Positions 18,631 through 28,160 of a stretch of 64,000 nucleotides of DNA are shown here, one piece after another (the stretch's first letter is position 1; each line of letters begins with the position of its first letter). Position numbers and translations under genes: made by a program. The DNA lies in sequence record NC_021531.1; one strand, written 5' to 3'. Under the pieces are notes generated by a model, which was given only the letters and a program-made list of their open reading frames with translations, made no database searches and was not told the DNA's origin.

Positions 18631-19295
18631 TGCTAATCCCTGCTCCGCGCAAGCCAGAAACCATGCTGCGTATTGTTGGGGTCGACCCCGGCACTTCGCA
18701 TCTTGGTCTTGCAGTTCTGGACTGGGAGTGGGGTGCCGAGCAAGCTGAAGTGGCTTGGTCCAAAACGATTCACGTGAAAGATGCCACCCACGATTCTGAT
18801 TTTACCGAGAGTTGTGGGAAACGTGATAAACGACTTCAGCAACTGAAGGACGCGTGGTCTGAGTTCTTAGACTTAGTCGGCGGTACGTTCTTCATTACTG
18901 AAACCCCGTTTATGCTGCGCAGTAAGTTAAGCGCTTATGAATCCGGCGTCGAGTTACAGAAAATGTTAAGAGAAGGTCTGTGGGATAAACACCCGCAGAA
19001 ACTCTTGCATGGCATTAACCCGATAATGGTAAAGTCTTTTGTAGGAGTTGCGGCAAAAGGGACGACCAAGGAAGATATGGCAGTAGCAGTAACTAAGCTG
19101 TACGCCAATCACACCTTGATTGACCTCTCAGTTTTAGACGAACACTCGATAGATGCCATCGCAGTTGCGAACTACTTTGTACGTTCGTCGCTGCTTAACC
19201 TTAACACTCTACTACCGCCGAAGGAAAAGAAACCGGAAAGTGGTGTGGGTGGGAAAAAGAAACGGCGTGGTCGTTTCAGGAGAAAGAAAAAATGA
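18630..19295 (+). CDS. ruvC: RuvC-like Holliday junction resolvase
   Basis: IVGVDPGTSHLGLAV, E(TPF), P..VKSFVG...KEDM, DEHSIDAIAVA catalytic motifs. Confidence 0.9.
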   Translation: MLIPAPRKPETMLRIVGVDPGTSHLGLAVLDWEWGAEQAEVAWSKTIHVKDATHDSDFTESCGKRDKRLQQLKDAWSEFLDLVGGTFFITETPFMLRSKLSAYESGVELQKMLREGLWDKHPQKLLHGINPIMVKSFVGVAAKGTTKEDMAVAVTKLYANHTLIDLSVLDEHSIDAIAVANYFVRSSLLNLNTLLPPKEKKPESGVGGKKKRRGRFRRKKK

Positions 19296-19879
19296 GTGAA
19301 GTTGCTGAGGCCGTGAAGACTGTAAGTGCGCCTTCTGCCCATGACGTGGTGGGACCGATTCTTGATATCCTCATCAAAGCTGGTACGGATAAGATTGCCA
19401 ACGATGAAGATGCCAAGAAAGTTGTGGACGCCGCGAAAGACGCACTGGGTGTCACGGTGGATGTCACCAAACCCGCTTCGGAGATTCTCGGTAATCTCCG
19501 TCCGATGATTGTGGGGACGGTTGGGCAGATGTCCGATGTCTTCGCAAACAAAGCTGCTGCCGCAGTCGATAACCTCAATGAAATCTACGGCAAAGAAACC
19601 CTGCTGACGATTTACCCAACACTTCAGTTCGCCCAGAAGCTGCTAATTTGGCTGTTCTTCTTGGCGTCGTGTGGTGTGTCCGCAGCCCTGACGTTGGATT
19701 TCATCAAAGCCCCCGCGTACGATTACTTCGACCTTATCTTTGCGGCCGGTTGGCCGGTGCTGGCTGGTTTCGCGTTCTGTACGTGGCCAATCAAAACGCT
19801 GGCACTGACCTCGCTGCAGATTGGTTCGAAGGCTGTCGCGATTAAGCTTGAACGTACTGCGAAAAAGACGAAAGTCTAA
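19292..19879 (+). CDS. membrane protein (2-3 C-terminal TM helices, basic tail)
   Basis: LLIWLFFLASCGVSAALTL and LIFAAGWPVLAGFAFCTW hydrophobic segments. Confidence 0.75.
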   Translation: MSEVAEAVKTVSAPSAHDVVGPILDILIKAGTDKIANDEDAKKVVDAAKDALGVTVDVTKPASEILGNLRPMIVGTVGQMSDVFANKAAAAVDNLNEIYGKETLLTIYPTLQFAQKLLIWLFFLASCGVSAALTLDFIKAPAYDYFDLIFAAGWPVLAGFAFCTWPIKTLALTSLQIGSKAVAIKLERTAKKTKV

Positions 19880-19885
19880 TAGGCT

Positions 19886-19921
19886 GGCCAGTCACCTCGG
19901 TGGCTGGTCGCTTTTATTTTT
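19886..19921 (+). terminator. intrinsic terminator
   Basis: ggccagtcac-ctcg-gtggctggtc plus T tract. Confidence 0.85.
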
Positions 19922-19963
19922 AAACATCAATTCTCCATTATGTGTAAATTAATGAGGTGAACT

Positions 19964-20563
19964 ATGGACATTCGTATTGTTTATCGGGATATCTTAATCC
20001 CCGTGCGCGGTTTGAAGAAAACTATTCCTACCGGGCGCAAGTACCGTATCACTGAAGATAAAAAAGAAGAAATTATCTTAGCCGCTTTCCGCGACTGGTT
20101 CTCCATTACGCGCCGTTGCCAACATGCTGACGAGGTGGATACCCCGAAACCTGCCAGCAGGCTCGTACCGGTGCTCGCACAATTGCCGTACACTGACGAA
20201 GAGCGGAAATATATCGCGTCGATGTTGCCTGTCGAGATAGAGAAAATCCTGCGCACGATGCACATGGACACGGTCGATTTTGGTGGTGGTATTACCTGTG
20301 CGTTTTGGGGTGAGAACATGTATTCGTTACGCTTTACTCGTAACTGTGTTGTGTTCCGCTTCCCTCGGGTGTATCGCGATTACAAACTGATTACCGCGAA
20401 TCACTATATTGACGAATGCGTCCGTAAAGTCTCTCTGCGTTTGAAGATGAGTCAGAACGAGGTCTATAAAGAGTTAACCGCACTGACTGGCAACGATTTA
20501 CTTAAACCTGATATCACCAATGTGCTGACCGAAGCTATCCGCACTCGCTTGAACATTATTTAA
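19964..20563 (+). CDS. hypothetical protein
   Basis: GAGGT SD; 199 aa. Confidence 0.75.
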   Translation: MDIRIVYRDILIPVRGLKKTIPTGRKYRITEDKKEEIILAAFRDWFSITRRCQHADEVDTPKPASRLVPVLAQLPYTDEERKYIASMLPVEIEKILRTMHMDTVDFGGGITCAFWGENMYSLRFTRNCVVFRFPRVYRDYKLITANHYIDECVRKVSLRLKMSQNEVYKELTALTGNDLLKPDITNVLTEAIRTRLNII

Positions 20564-20571
20564 GGACCGCT

Positions 20572-21048
20572 ATGTATCTCATCGATGTTGAACGTGACAA
20601 AATTCCAGTCGGGACATTCCCCGGCCTGAATGAATGGTTAGACGATATTAATTCGGTTCGCTCGACACCGGTAACCTTTACGTTAGCGGTAGAAGACGAT
20701 GTGGCTGTGGGCGTGTGTATCCATGAGCCCGGTCACATTCTGTATCTGATCGTGGCGAAAGACGAACGTCGTCAGGGTTACGGGTCTACGTTATTGAAGA
20801 ATGTAACCAACCTCTCTAAAGGCCCTGTATGGCTCCGTATCGAACCGAATAACTGCGAAGGTATTTGCTTCTTTACCTCTCACGGAGCGGTTATAGACCG
20901 CGTACACGTCGCAGAAGAGGGTGGTGTGTTTCATCGTATGGTACTTGGTGCCAAATCGAAACGCGCAACCCCGCCAGAGGAGACTTCTTTACTACATTAT
21001 TTAGCTAACACACCTGTGTTCGTTTCGGTGGCGGGTAAGATCGTATAA
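20572..21048 (+). CDS. GNAT-family acetyltransferase
   Basis: LYLIVAKDERRQGYGSTLL (acetyl-CoA motif A); LRIEPNN...FFTSHG (motif B). Confidence 0.85.
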   Translation: MYLIDVERDKIPVGTFPGLNEWLDDINSVRSTPVTFTLAVEDDVAVGVCIHEPGHILYLIVAKDERRQGYGSTLLKNVTNLSKGPVWLRIEPNNCEGICFFTSHGAVIDRVHVAEEGGVFHRMVLGAKSKRATPPEETSLLHYLANTPVFVSVAGKIV

Positions 21049-21072
21049 TTTACCCCTGGGAGCGAAGTAACT

Positions 21073-21597
21073 ATGAAACGTGTTGTCTATGAAAAATGGA
21101 TTTCATGCGAAGAAGGGCCCAAACGGGTTCGTTGTGTGGATGTAGTACCGACTTACGAAGTCAACGAAGCCGCATCCACTCTTCGTGGCTCGACTGTAAA
21201 CTTTCTGAGTGTGAAGTCTGTTGAATTGAAGCTGCCCCAACAGCCTCGACCGACAACCAAATACTCAGGCCCGCAGTTCGAGCCTTTGCGACAGCACCTT
21301 TATCGGCACTATCGACGTTCATCTTGGCGCGCCTGCGTTGAGTTGCTAATCGATGATCTAATAGTTGACCTAGAATGGGACAGGGTCGTGGCACAAGCTG
21401 GCTATGACCAGATCCCATTTCAGGTACGCTGGAATAAATTTAAAGAGGCCTACCACAAGGAACTGTACTGGTCACCTAACACACGCAACATGATGCGCCG
21501 TCTTGAAACCATGCCGTGGCTTCAACCTTATCTTAATCAGAAACCTTGTCATAATGCGAATGTACTGATGTCGACCCCAGACCACGCCCCCGTTTAA
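21073..21597 (+). CDS. hypothetical protein
   Basis: 174-aa ORF in operon. Confidence 0.65.
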   Translation: MKRVVYEKWISCEEGPKRVRCVDVVPTYEVNEAASTLRGSTVNFLSVKSVELKLPQQPRPTTKYSGPQFEPLRQHLYRHYRRSSWRACVELLIDDLIVDLEWDRVVAQAGYDQIPFQVRWNKFKEAYHKELYWSPNTRNMMRRLETMPWLQPYLNQKPCHNANVLMSTPDHAPV

Positions 21598-21626
21598 TAT
21601 GACCTTCGGTTATCGGGAGATTGGTT

Positions 21627-22301
21627 ATGTCAAAAGAGCTCTACACTCTCATCCAAGAACGGATGAAGAAAGACCTCGTCTACACCGCCAAGGTTGACGG
21701 TGTTTGGGGTGGCGGAAGTGAACGCGCTTTTGCTACGGGTATCGCGCGGGGAATCGATTATGCCGATGGTCTGTTCGACATTGCATGGTCTGCAAAAGTG
21801 TCCCCGGAGTTTGTCCGTAAGCTTAAAGGGATTGCACAACAGCTACAGCTTACTAAAAAAGGTCCGGACGAAATGATGGGCTGCATGGCTTTTGAGTCTG
21901 GTGAGACGTTCAGTCCTACCATTCGCAACGGAGCCGGCGCGCCGTATTACGGCATCATTCAATTCGGTGAAGACGCAGCGAAAGATGCAGGTACTACTTT
22001 ATCTGCTCTGTTGAAGATGACTGCTGAAGAACAGCTCGACTACGTGTACCGTTTCTTTAAACCGTACACCGGCAAGCTGCATGATATCAGCGACATCTAC
22101 ATGCGCATCCTTTGGCCTGCTGCGGTGGGTAAACCGTTGAACTCGGTCCTTTGGGACCAGAAGACACGGCCAACCACGTACGCGCAGAATAAAGGTCTTG
22201 ACTTGAACTTCGACAAAGTCATCACTAAAGCCGAAGCTGCTGCAAAGGTACAAGAAAAACTGAACCGTGGGATGTCCCCACTTTTCCGTCGGCCATTATA
22301 A
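21627..22301 (+). CDS. endolysin / lytic transglycosylase (lysozyme-like fold) with short peptidoglycan-binding-like N-terminus
   Basis: MAFESGETFSP...GIIQF catalytic Glu motif, EEQLDYV, Y..N.GLD; N-terminal VDGVWG motif. Confidence 0.85.
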   Translation: MSKELYTLIQERMKKDLVYTAKVDGVWGGGSERAFATGIARGIDYADGLFDIAWSAKVSPEFVRKLKGIAQQLQLTKKGPDEMMGCMAFESGETFSPTIRNGAGAPYYGIIQFGEDAAKDAGTTLSALLKMTAEEQLDYVYRFFKPYTGKLHDISDIYMRILWPAAVGKPLNSVLWDQKTRPTTYAQNKGLDLNFDKVITKAEAAAKVQEKLNRGMSPLFRRPL

Positions 22302-22310
22302 GTGTGTCTA

Positions 22311-22339
22311 TAAGGGGGCGTTTGCCCCCTTATTTTTTT
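22311..22339 (+). terminator. intrinsic terminator
   Basis: taagggggc-gttt-gccccctta plus T7. Confidence 0.85.
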
Positions 22340-22376
22340 GTCTCAATTACTATGACTAGGGCGAAGGAGTAGTAAA

Positions 22377-22907
22377 ATGGGTTACGTTATTAATTTTGGA
22401 ACTAAGCATGATACGTCGCTCTTAGAGAAAATCAACGCGATAAACGCAGCCACTGTAGGCCGGAAGCTGAAGGTTGAGGATATCGAAATCGTTGAATTAA
22501 GCGAGCTGCCTTCCGGGGCATTTAGCGTGGAGTTAATCAACCGTGAAGACCTGACGGATACAGTGGTCATTTCACATGAGAAGCTCGATTTAGCGGATTT
22601 TCTTAAGCATGAACTGGCAGATTTAACATGGTGGGACCCGGACAACTTTGATGCAACACGCGATACCGCGGCTGCAACGGTGATGTTCAACAACGCCATT
22701 ATCAAAGCAGGTATTATCGCCTCCAACGCATGGGAACCCGGCAGTGGCAAAATAGCAATCGTCTACGATGCCGCCACGTCGCAATACACCATGGTGTTTA
22801 CGTGTACATCGCACGTGTGGAAAGAATACCGCTTCGACCTGCCGCGCAGTTTTGCTAGTGTGTTCTCTGAGCAAGTTCTGCCGGGGTTTGTAGCTGACGA
22901 CGTCTAA
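22377..22907 (+). CDS. putative virion protein, distant tail-paralogue-family member
   Basis: LLEKINAINA N-terminus, EKLDLADFL, and C-terminal SFASVFSEQVLPGF linker motif. Confidence 0.55.
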   Translation: MGYVINFGTKHDTSLLEKINAINAATVGRKLKVEDIEIVELSELPSGAFSVELINREDLTDTVVISHEKLDLADFLKHELADLTWWDPDNFDATRDTAAATVMFNNAIIKAGIIASNAWEPGSGKIAIVYDAATSQYTMVFTCTSHVWKEYRFDLPRSFASVFSEQVLPGFVADDV

Positions 22908-22914
22908 GAAATGC

Positions 22915-22952
22915 AGAGAGTATCTTCGGATACTCTCTTTTTCTTTTATTTT
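22915..22952 (+). terminator. intrinsic terminator, UUCG loop
   Basis: agagagtatc-ttcg-gatactctct plus T tract. Confidence 0.9.
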
Positions 22953-22998
22953 TTACAACAGACCTGTTTGATATAGATGAGCAGCGAGGTGAGGTCTA

Positions 22999-23595
22999 AT
23001 GGGAGCCGCAATTCGGATAGCCATTATTGGTTCAAGAAAAACTGACGGGGAAACCATGTCAGAGATGGGGAAGGTCATGGCGGCAATGATTCGTAAGGCC
23101 GTCAGTATGGAGATACCCATCGAAATTACATCCGGAGCTTGTGCGGAAGGACCTGACCAAGTACAACTCATGTTGTCGCGCATATTCGACGACGAGTTGG
23201 TAACGTTCACTGCGTATCTACCGGACGATAAAAAGCTTTGGCTTTCTAAAGTCTATCCTAGGGTTAAGTTTGTTGTGGGAACAGACGATGACCGCCATCG
23301 AGCGACAGTCGAAGAACTGCATCCTGCCCCACAGAACTTAAAAGATTATGCGTACAAACTACACGGGAGGAACTTAGAGATAATAGCTGGCGAGAGTTTA
23401 GGGGACCTCGTCGACGCAGTCTACTTTTCAGCACCTGAGAACGAAAAGGGAATTGTTTCAGGTGGCACAGCAATGGGGGTATCGTACGCACGACAGCGTA
23501 ACGTCCCTACATTCAACGCATCTACACCTGACGGAACTGATGCTTTTATTAGACATGTGCGTACTCTCATCCGTAACTACTCACGGAAAGAGTGA
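22999..23595 (+). CDS. SLOG-superfamily (DprA/Smf/YspA-like) nucleotide-binding protein
   Basis: IAIIGSRK, ITSGACAEGPDQ, HGRN, SGGTAMGVSYA...VPTFN motifs. Confidence 0.75.
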   Translation: MGAAIRIAIIGSRKTDGETMSEMGKVMAAMIRKAVSMEIPIEITSGACAEGPDQVQLMLSRIFDDELVTFTAYLPDDKKLWLSKVYPRVKFVVGTDDDRHRATVEELHPAPQNLKDYAYKLHGRNLEIIAGESLGDLVDAVYFSAPENEKGIVSGGTAMGVSYARQRNVPTFNASTPDGTDAFIRHVRTLIRNYSRKE

Positions 23596-23653
23596 CAGTC
23601 AGAACGGAGTTATGTGATAGAGAGTGTAGCAGTACAGCCCACTGGGGGTTACT

Positions 23654-24901
23654 ATGCTTTCCATCAGCAACGCGAATCTGGAGATGGTTCGTCGCTTTTG
23701 TACTGTAGAGACAGCAATACACACGTGCCCTGACACGGTATTAGACCTCGATAAAAACGTGGTCTTAGAGATGCTTGCCACTAACGAGATTTCTAAGGAA
23801 GTGGCATTGCGTGCAGCGTATGTTTTAGGATGCACTTTGGGAACGGTTCGGGACATGACCCTGTTGGAGCGTATTGCTTCACTGAGTAACCCTGCCTACG
23901 CAAAGAGCTGGTATAGCATGAGAGACTACTGGTCTCGCCTGCTTTATTGTAACCCAGAAAATTCCGACCTGCTCTCCGTGGTCTTACGTCATTTGAATCC
24001 TGAGGATATCAGACGTCATGACTACAGTGTTGAGCGGTATTTGGCCGCGAAGGTGCCTTTTATCGGCGACATTGCTGGTGCGCCTTCCAGTGCGACGATT
24101 CGCTATGCCCAACCGAAGTTCGAACCGAACGACCCGGTATTGGCTGAATGGCGTCGTCGTCTCACTCCCGCCATGGCAGTTAAATTGTTTGATAGTACCG
24201 GCTGGGATATTTTCAACCCGGCATCGGATGACTACATCATGGTTGACACCACTGATGAGCAAACCGAACTGTTGTTGGATTCTGATAAACCGTTAACCGT
24301 GGTGGTATCTCGCGGACGTTGGACACGGAGTAACATCGAGCGTATCTTGAGTCGAATCGAGAACTCGCCTGCACGAGACGGGCTGATGATTATTCTGTAC
24401 GAACGTGTTTGCGAATTATGGGGAGATTCTTCTGTTCTGGCGAAATTGGTCCGTGACCATCTTCGTTACGCAGCCATTATGGATGCTGAACATGTGCAGA
24501 AGATTTATACCACCGGTTGGCATTGTTGCGTGCCGCCAATCCATTATTACTTGGTTAACGCCAACTATTTGGATTTGCGTCGTTTGATTGAAACGAATTT
24601 CAATGCCCGGGTAACAATCTTTGACATCGTTAGGAACGCCACGCCAGAGGCTATTCGAGCAGTAGGCGTAGAAGCCGTTCGCTGGCTCGTGGAGTACCAT
24701 CCGCACGACTACAAAGGTATCCGTAACGTGTTAAACGTTATTGCCAATCACACGACGTCCGTTGCGTGGTCGGAAGATACTGCTGCGATTATGATGCGTG
24801 GTCTGCGTAGAACCTACACGAAAAAACTGATTCTTCAGTTTATTCTGATGTCGACTTTCCCACACGAGTTAAAAGAGGAGCTCGTGCAATTACCGTGTTA
24901 A
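23654..24901 (+). CDS. hypothetical protein (415 aa, largely helical)
   Basis: Long ORF with no recognisable motif. Confidence 0.75.
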   Translation: MLSISNANLEMVRRFCTVETAIHTCPDTVLDLDKNVVLEMLATNEISKEVALRAAYVLGCTLGTVRDMTLLERIASLSNPAYAKSWYSMRDYWSRLLYCNPENSDLLSVVLRHLNPEDIRRHDYSVERYLAAKVPFIGDIAGAPSSATIRYAQPKFEPNDPVLAEWRRRLTPAMAVKLFDSTGWDIFNPASDDYIMVDTTDEQTELLLDSDKPLTVVVSRGRWTRSNIERILSRIENSPARDGLMIILYERVCELWGDSSVLAKLVRDHLRYAAIMDAEHVQKIYTTGWHCCVPPIHYYLVNANYLDLRRLIETNFNARVTIFDIVRNATPEAIRAVGVEAVRWLVEYHPHDYKGIRNVLNVIANHTTSVAWSEDTAAIMMRGLRRTYTKKLILQFILMSTFPHELKEELVQLPC

Positions 24902-24947
24902 CAAACTTTCCTCTTGGTATGGTTGTACTCGCCTAGGAGAGAAAGGT

Positions 24948-25220
24948 ATGAAAGCTTCACTTGTTAACGTGGGACTGGCAGTGCTTAAACTGCTTTCATT
25001 AGTAAAGCGTCCCAAACCCGTGGCCCGACATGAGCCGTGGGAGGGTTCTGAGGAAGACTTCTTTGACAAAATGCTCAATGAAGGTACGTACGCGGTATCT
25101 GACAACACTGCACGCGCGGTGGTTACCACGTATCACGACAAAGAGACTCACGAACAACTGGGAATGGCTGTTCGCTGGCCTAACCGTCATCTCTACTTCG
25201 AAACCACGCGGAAGAGTTGA
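24948..25220 (+). CDS. hypothetical protein
   Basis: AAGGT SD; 90 aa; hairpin follows at about 25234-25272. Confidence 0.65.
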   Translation: MKASLVNVGLAVLKLLSLVKRPKPVARHEPWEGSEEDFFDKMLNEGTYAVSDNTARAVVTTYHDKETHEQLGMAVRWPNRHLYFETTRKS

Positions 25221-25365
25221 GGTATCGGCACCCAAAGCCCCGTGTTAGCACGACGTTGATACGGGGCTTTTATCTTAAAACAAATTCTCTCCCTTATTGT
25301 GAGCAGTACAAATCTCTCTTACCGTATTGGTAAGACATTTTGACTACAACAGTAAGGTGCGTGCT

Positions 25366-26118
25366 ATGGGACGTGAAAAACAACGTGTAGGTCGTAAAGC
25401 TCGTCAGCAGTCTGGTAAAGGGCAAGTTATCCCGTTCCCTGACCAAGACCTTGATGAATCGTTGCCGCAGTTAAAACGCGATACCAGTCCGATTGAACCA
25501 CGCAATCCGTGCCAGCAACATTACATGCTCGCACTGGAAACGAAAAATCTTATCTTCGCCACCGGCGAAGCGGGGTGTGGGAAAACGTTTATTTCCGCCG
25601 CATACGCTTGCGAACGTTTGCTGGCCAAAGATATCGAACGTATCATCGTCACTCGTCCGGTGCTCTCCGCAGATGAAGATTTAGGCTTCCTGCCCGGCGA
25701 CGTTGCCGAAAAATTCGCCCCGTACTTCCGCCCTGTTTATGACGTTCTTCAAAAACGTCTCGGTAGCCGCTACCTGCAATACTGCCTTAAGCCCGGTATC
25801 GACAAAGTGGAGATTGCTCCTTTTGCGTACATGCGTGGCCGCAGTTTCGAAAATGCGGTTGTCATTTTAGATGAAGCTCAGAACACTACTGCTCAGCAGA
25901 TGAAGCTCTTCCTGACACGTATCGGGGAGAACTGTATCGTTATCGTAAACGGTGACGTCACACAGTGCGACTTGCCCAAAGGGGTGAAGTCTGGACTGGC
26001 CGACGCGTTGACCCGTTTCGAGGAAGACGATTTAGTTGGCGTCGTTCGTTTTACGAAAGACGACTGTGTGCGCTCTTTGCTTTGTCAGCGTGCGTTGAAA
26101 GCGTACGGGGACGAATAA
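25366..26118 (+). CDS. phoH: PhoH-family ATPase
   Basis: ATGEAGCGKT, VTRPVL.ADEDLGFLPGD, APFAYMRGRSF, ILDEAQN, GDVTQCDL; closely follows E. coli PhoH as recalled. Confidence 0.95.
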   Translation: MGREKQRVGRKARQQSGKGQVIPFPDQDLDESLPQLKRDTSPIEPRNPCQQHYMLALETKNLIFATGEAGCGKTFISAAYACERLLAKDIERIIVTRPVLSADEDLGFLPGDVAEKFAPYFRPVYDVLQKRLGSRYLQYCLKPGIDKVEIAPFAYMRGRSFENAVVILDEAQNTTAQQMKLFLTRIGENCIVIVNGDVTQCDLPKGVKSGLADALTRFEEDDLVGVVRFTKDDCVRSLLCQRALKAYGDE

Positions 26119-26122
26119 AAAA

Positions 26123-26161
26123 AGTGAGGGGCTTTTGCCCCTCACCATTTATTTTTTTCAT
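26123..26161 (+). terminator. intrinsic terminator
   Basis: gtgaggggc-tttt-gcccctcac plus T tract. Confidence 0.85.
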
Positions 26162-26167
26162 TTTGCG

Positions 26168-26204
26168 AACGAAAATAATCTCAGATATATATTACTTTAG
26201 TGAA
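26168..26204 (+). promoter_or_regulatory. putative early promoter, TATTAC type
   Basis: aacgaaaataatctcagatatatattactttagtgaa, near-identical to 885-920. Confidence 0.75.
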
Positions 26205-26248
26205 TAACAATGGTTATTCTTTATTCAACTATCGTGGAGATTTCATTT

Positions 26249-26725
26249 ATGTTCGCTATTCAATCTTTCAATTTCGAAAAGGTTTGTGATGTGGTTCGTG
26301 AAGACGGCTTTTACAATAAAGCCAAAGACGGGCTGCCGAAGAATATGCAGGTGCTTGAGAAAGCCACTGAGCAGCAGCTCGCTGCATTCGCCATTCATCG
26401 TACCGGTATTAATGAACATGTTCTGCCGTGGCTGCCGACCCTGAACATTATCCCTTCGCCGATTAAGAAGTATCAGGCGTTGATTGTGGTCGACCGTGGG
26501 AATAAAACTTTCCTTGAAACAATGGAAGGTTTCAAAGTTGCACGTGTAGTCCGCGTACCGCACGGTACCGCTGAGCCAATACTGCACGAAGGCAAAAGCG
26601 TTATTATCAACCTGTCTGAGCACAAAATCGCGTTCAGTCGTATTGCCCTGTTCTTTACGGGGTTCTGGGCTGCGTATCAGGAAGGTAAAAAGAATGCGTT
26701 ACTGAAACGCATGTTTCGTAAGTAA
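26249..26725 (+). CDS. hypothetical early protein
   Basis: GTGGAG SD before ATG 26249. Confidence 0.7.
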   Translation: MFAIQSFNFEKVCDVVREDGFYNKAKDGLPKNMQVLEKATEQQLAAFAIHRTGINEHVLPWLPTLNIIPSPIKKYQALIVVDRGNKTFLETMEGFKVARVVRVPHGTAEPILHEGKSVIINLSEHKIAFSRIALFFTGFWAAYQEGKKNALLKRMFRK

Positions 26726-26772
26726 GTTGTAGTAACAGTAGTACAAAAATAATCGATTAATTAGGAGCTATC

Positions 26773-27204
26773 ATGGAATACACTTTTGAAAATGTCACTA
26801 CTCGTAAATATACCGTTGGCGTGTGCACCATCACGTGGATGGATAACGGTAATCAGCGTAAAGCAACCCTGTCGCTGAACGGGAAGGAAATGTGCAAGTG
26901 GGAAGAGAACGAAGAAGGTCGCTGGATTGCCTCCGCCGCTATTGAGTTCATGGACCGTTTGAAGAAACGCAAATTCTCCCACGAAAATACCTTCTGCATC
27001 TACGCCTGTATCGGCCGTATGCTGGAAGCGCCTCATGCTGGCCTGCACTGGCAGGATTTCCACCGCCCGGGTTCTGTTGGTTCGGCTATCGTCCGTGCAC
27101 AAGCAATGTGCGGGTTGATTTTCCGTGTTAACAAGAAGTACCAAATTCCGAGCACCGTCTCCTCCATCAATACTGCCGATGTGTCTCGCGCCCATCTGCA
27201 CTAA
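26773..27204 (+). CDS. hypothetical early protein
   Basis: AGGAG SD; 143 aa. Confidence 0.75.
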   Translation: MEYTFENVTTRKYTVGVCTITWMDNGNQRKATLSLNGKEMCKWEENEEGRWIASAAIEFMDRLKKRKFSHENTFCIYACIGRMLEAPHAGLHWQDFHRPGSVGSAIVRAQAMCGLIFRVNKKYQIPSTVSSINTADVSRAHLH

Positions 27205-27227
27205 GCATTAGTGGCTGTCGACGTTTA

Positions 27228-27256
27228 GCCCCTACTTCGGTAGGGGCATCTTTTTA
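27228..27256 (+). terminator. intrinsic terminator, UUCG loop
   Basis: gcccctac-ttcg-gtaggggc plus T tract. Confidence 0.85.
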
Positions 27257-27301
27257 ATTTCTTCGTGTCAAACAATCTATCTAACTTATCTGGAGCTAAT
27301 C

Positions 27302-28090
27302 ATGTTTAAATTCGAACCTACTGACATTCTGCACAACATCGACAACAACGCACTGGAAAACAACTATGCGGTTAACTGGGAAGCGCTCGACGCTGCTGGT
27401 TTCCGCTTCGACGCCTACAAAGGCGAGAAAGAAGGTACCGAGTATCTGCTCATCGTCGCCGGTCGCAACGTGGGTATGATTACGCGCACTAAAGGTGTGG
27501 TCGAAGCGATTCGTGTGGCTGACGACGCACAATCTCGTCAGGCGCTGGAAACTCTGATTGAGAAGAATCTCGATTGGCGCTTCTACGAGAACGGTAGCTT
27601 AGGCTATACCGTGCAAAAACCACGCGCTTTCCTGAGCCGTCTGTTCGGTAAGAAAGCATCCAATATCGCCGCTGTTAAAGAAGAGGTAAATGCACAATTG
27701 AAAAACGCACAGGAAAAACTGGCTAAAGCCAAAGAAGCGTTAAAAGACGATACTTCTCCTGAAGCAGCTGCGGCTGCAGAAGCAGTTGAAGGTTTAACGC
27801 AGGTTGTACAGGCGATGAGTGACGACGTTAACTCGCCGGAAGTCAAAGCGGAAGAAAGCCAGAGTGAACCTAAGCGCAACCTGTCTATGGCAGTGGCTGC
27901 GATTAATCACAACGGCCAACCGCTGGCTGACCGTCTGGCGGCAATGCGTCTGCTCGTCGATATGGAAGAGTTCGCTAACGACCCACAACTGCCTGCACTG
28001 CGTGTCAACCTTGGCCAATCGGTGATGGTGAAAGTGGAAGTCGAAGTAGAAATTCCTAATCCGGATGCGGTCGCCGCATCTGCGAACTAA
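27302..28090 (+). CDS. hypothetical protein with central coiled coil
   Basis: GGAG SD; biased codons; KEEVNAQLKNAQEKLAKAKE heptads. Confidence 0.8.
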   Translation: MFKFEPTDILHNIDNNALENNYAVNWEALDAAGFRFDAYKGEKEGTEYLLIVAGRNVGMITRTKGVVEAIRVADDAQSRQALETLIEKNLDWRFYENGSLGYTVQKPRAFLSRLFGKKASNIAAVKEEVNAQLKNAQEKLAKAKEALKDDTSPEAAAAAEAVEGLTQVVQAMSDDVNSPEVKAEESQSEPKRNLSMAVAAINHNGQPLADRLAAMRLLVDMEEFANDPQLPALRVNLGQSVMVKVEVEVEIPNPDAVAASAN

Positions 28091-28094
28091 GAAT

Positions 28095-28122
28095 AAGGGG
28101 CTCCGGCCCCTTTTCTTTTTTT
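28095..28122 (+). terminator. intrinsic terminator
   Basis: aaggggc-tccg-gcccctt plus T tract. Confidence 0.8.
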
Positions 28123-28160
28123 GCCCTTTGATATGTATCCCTCAACCTCCGAGACAAACT

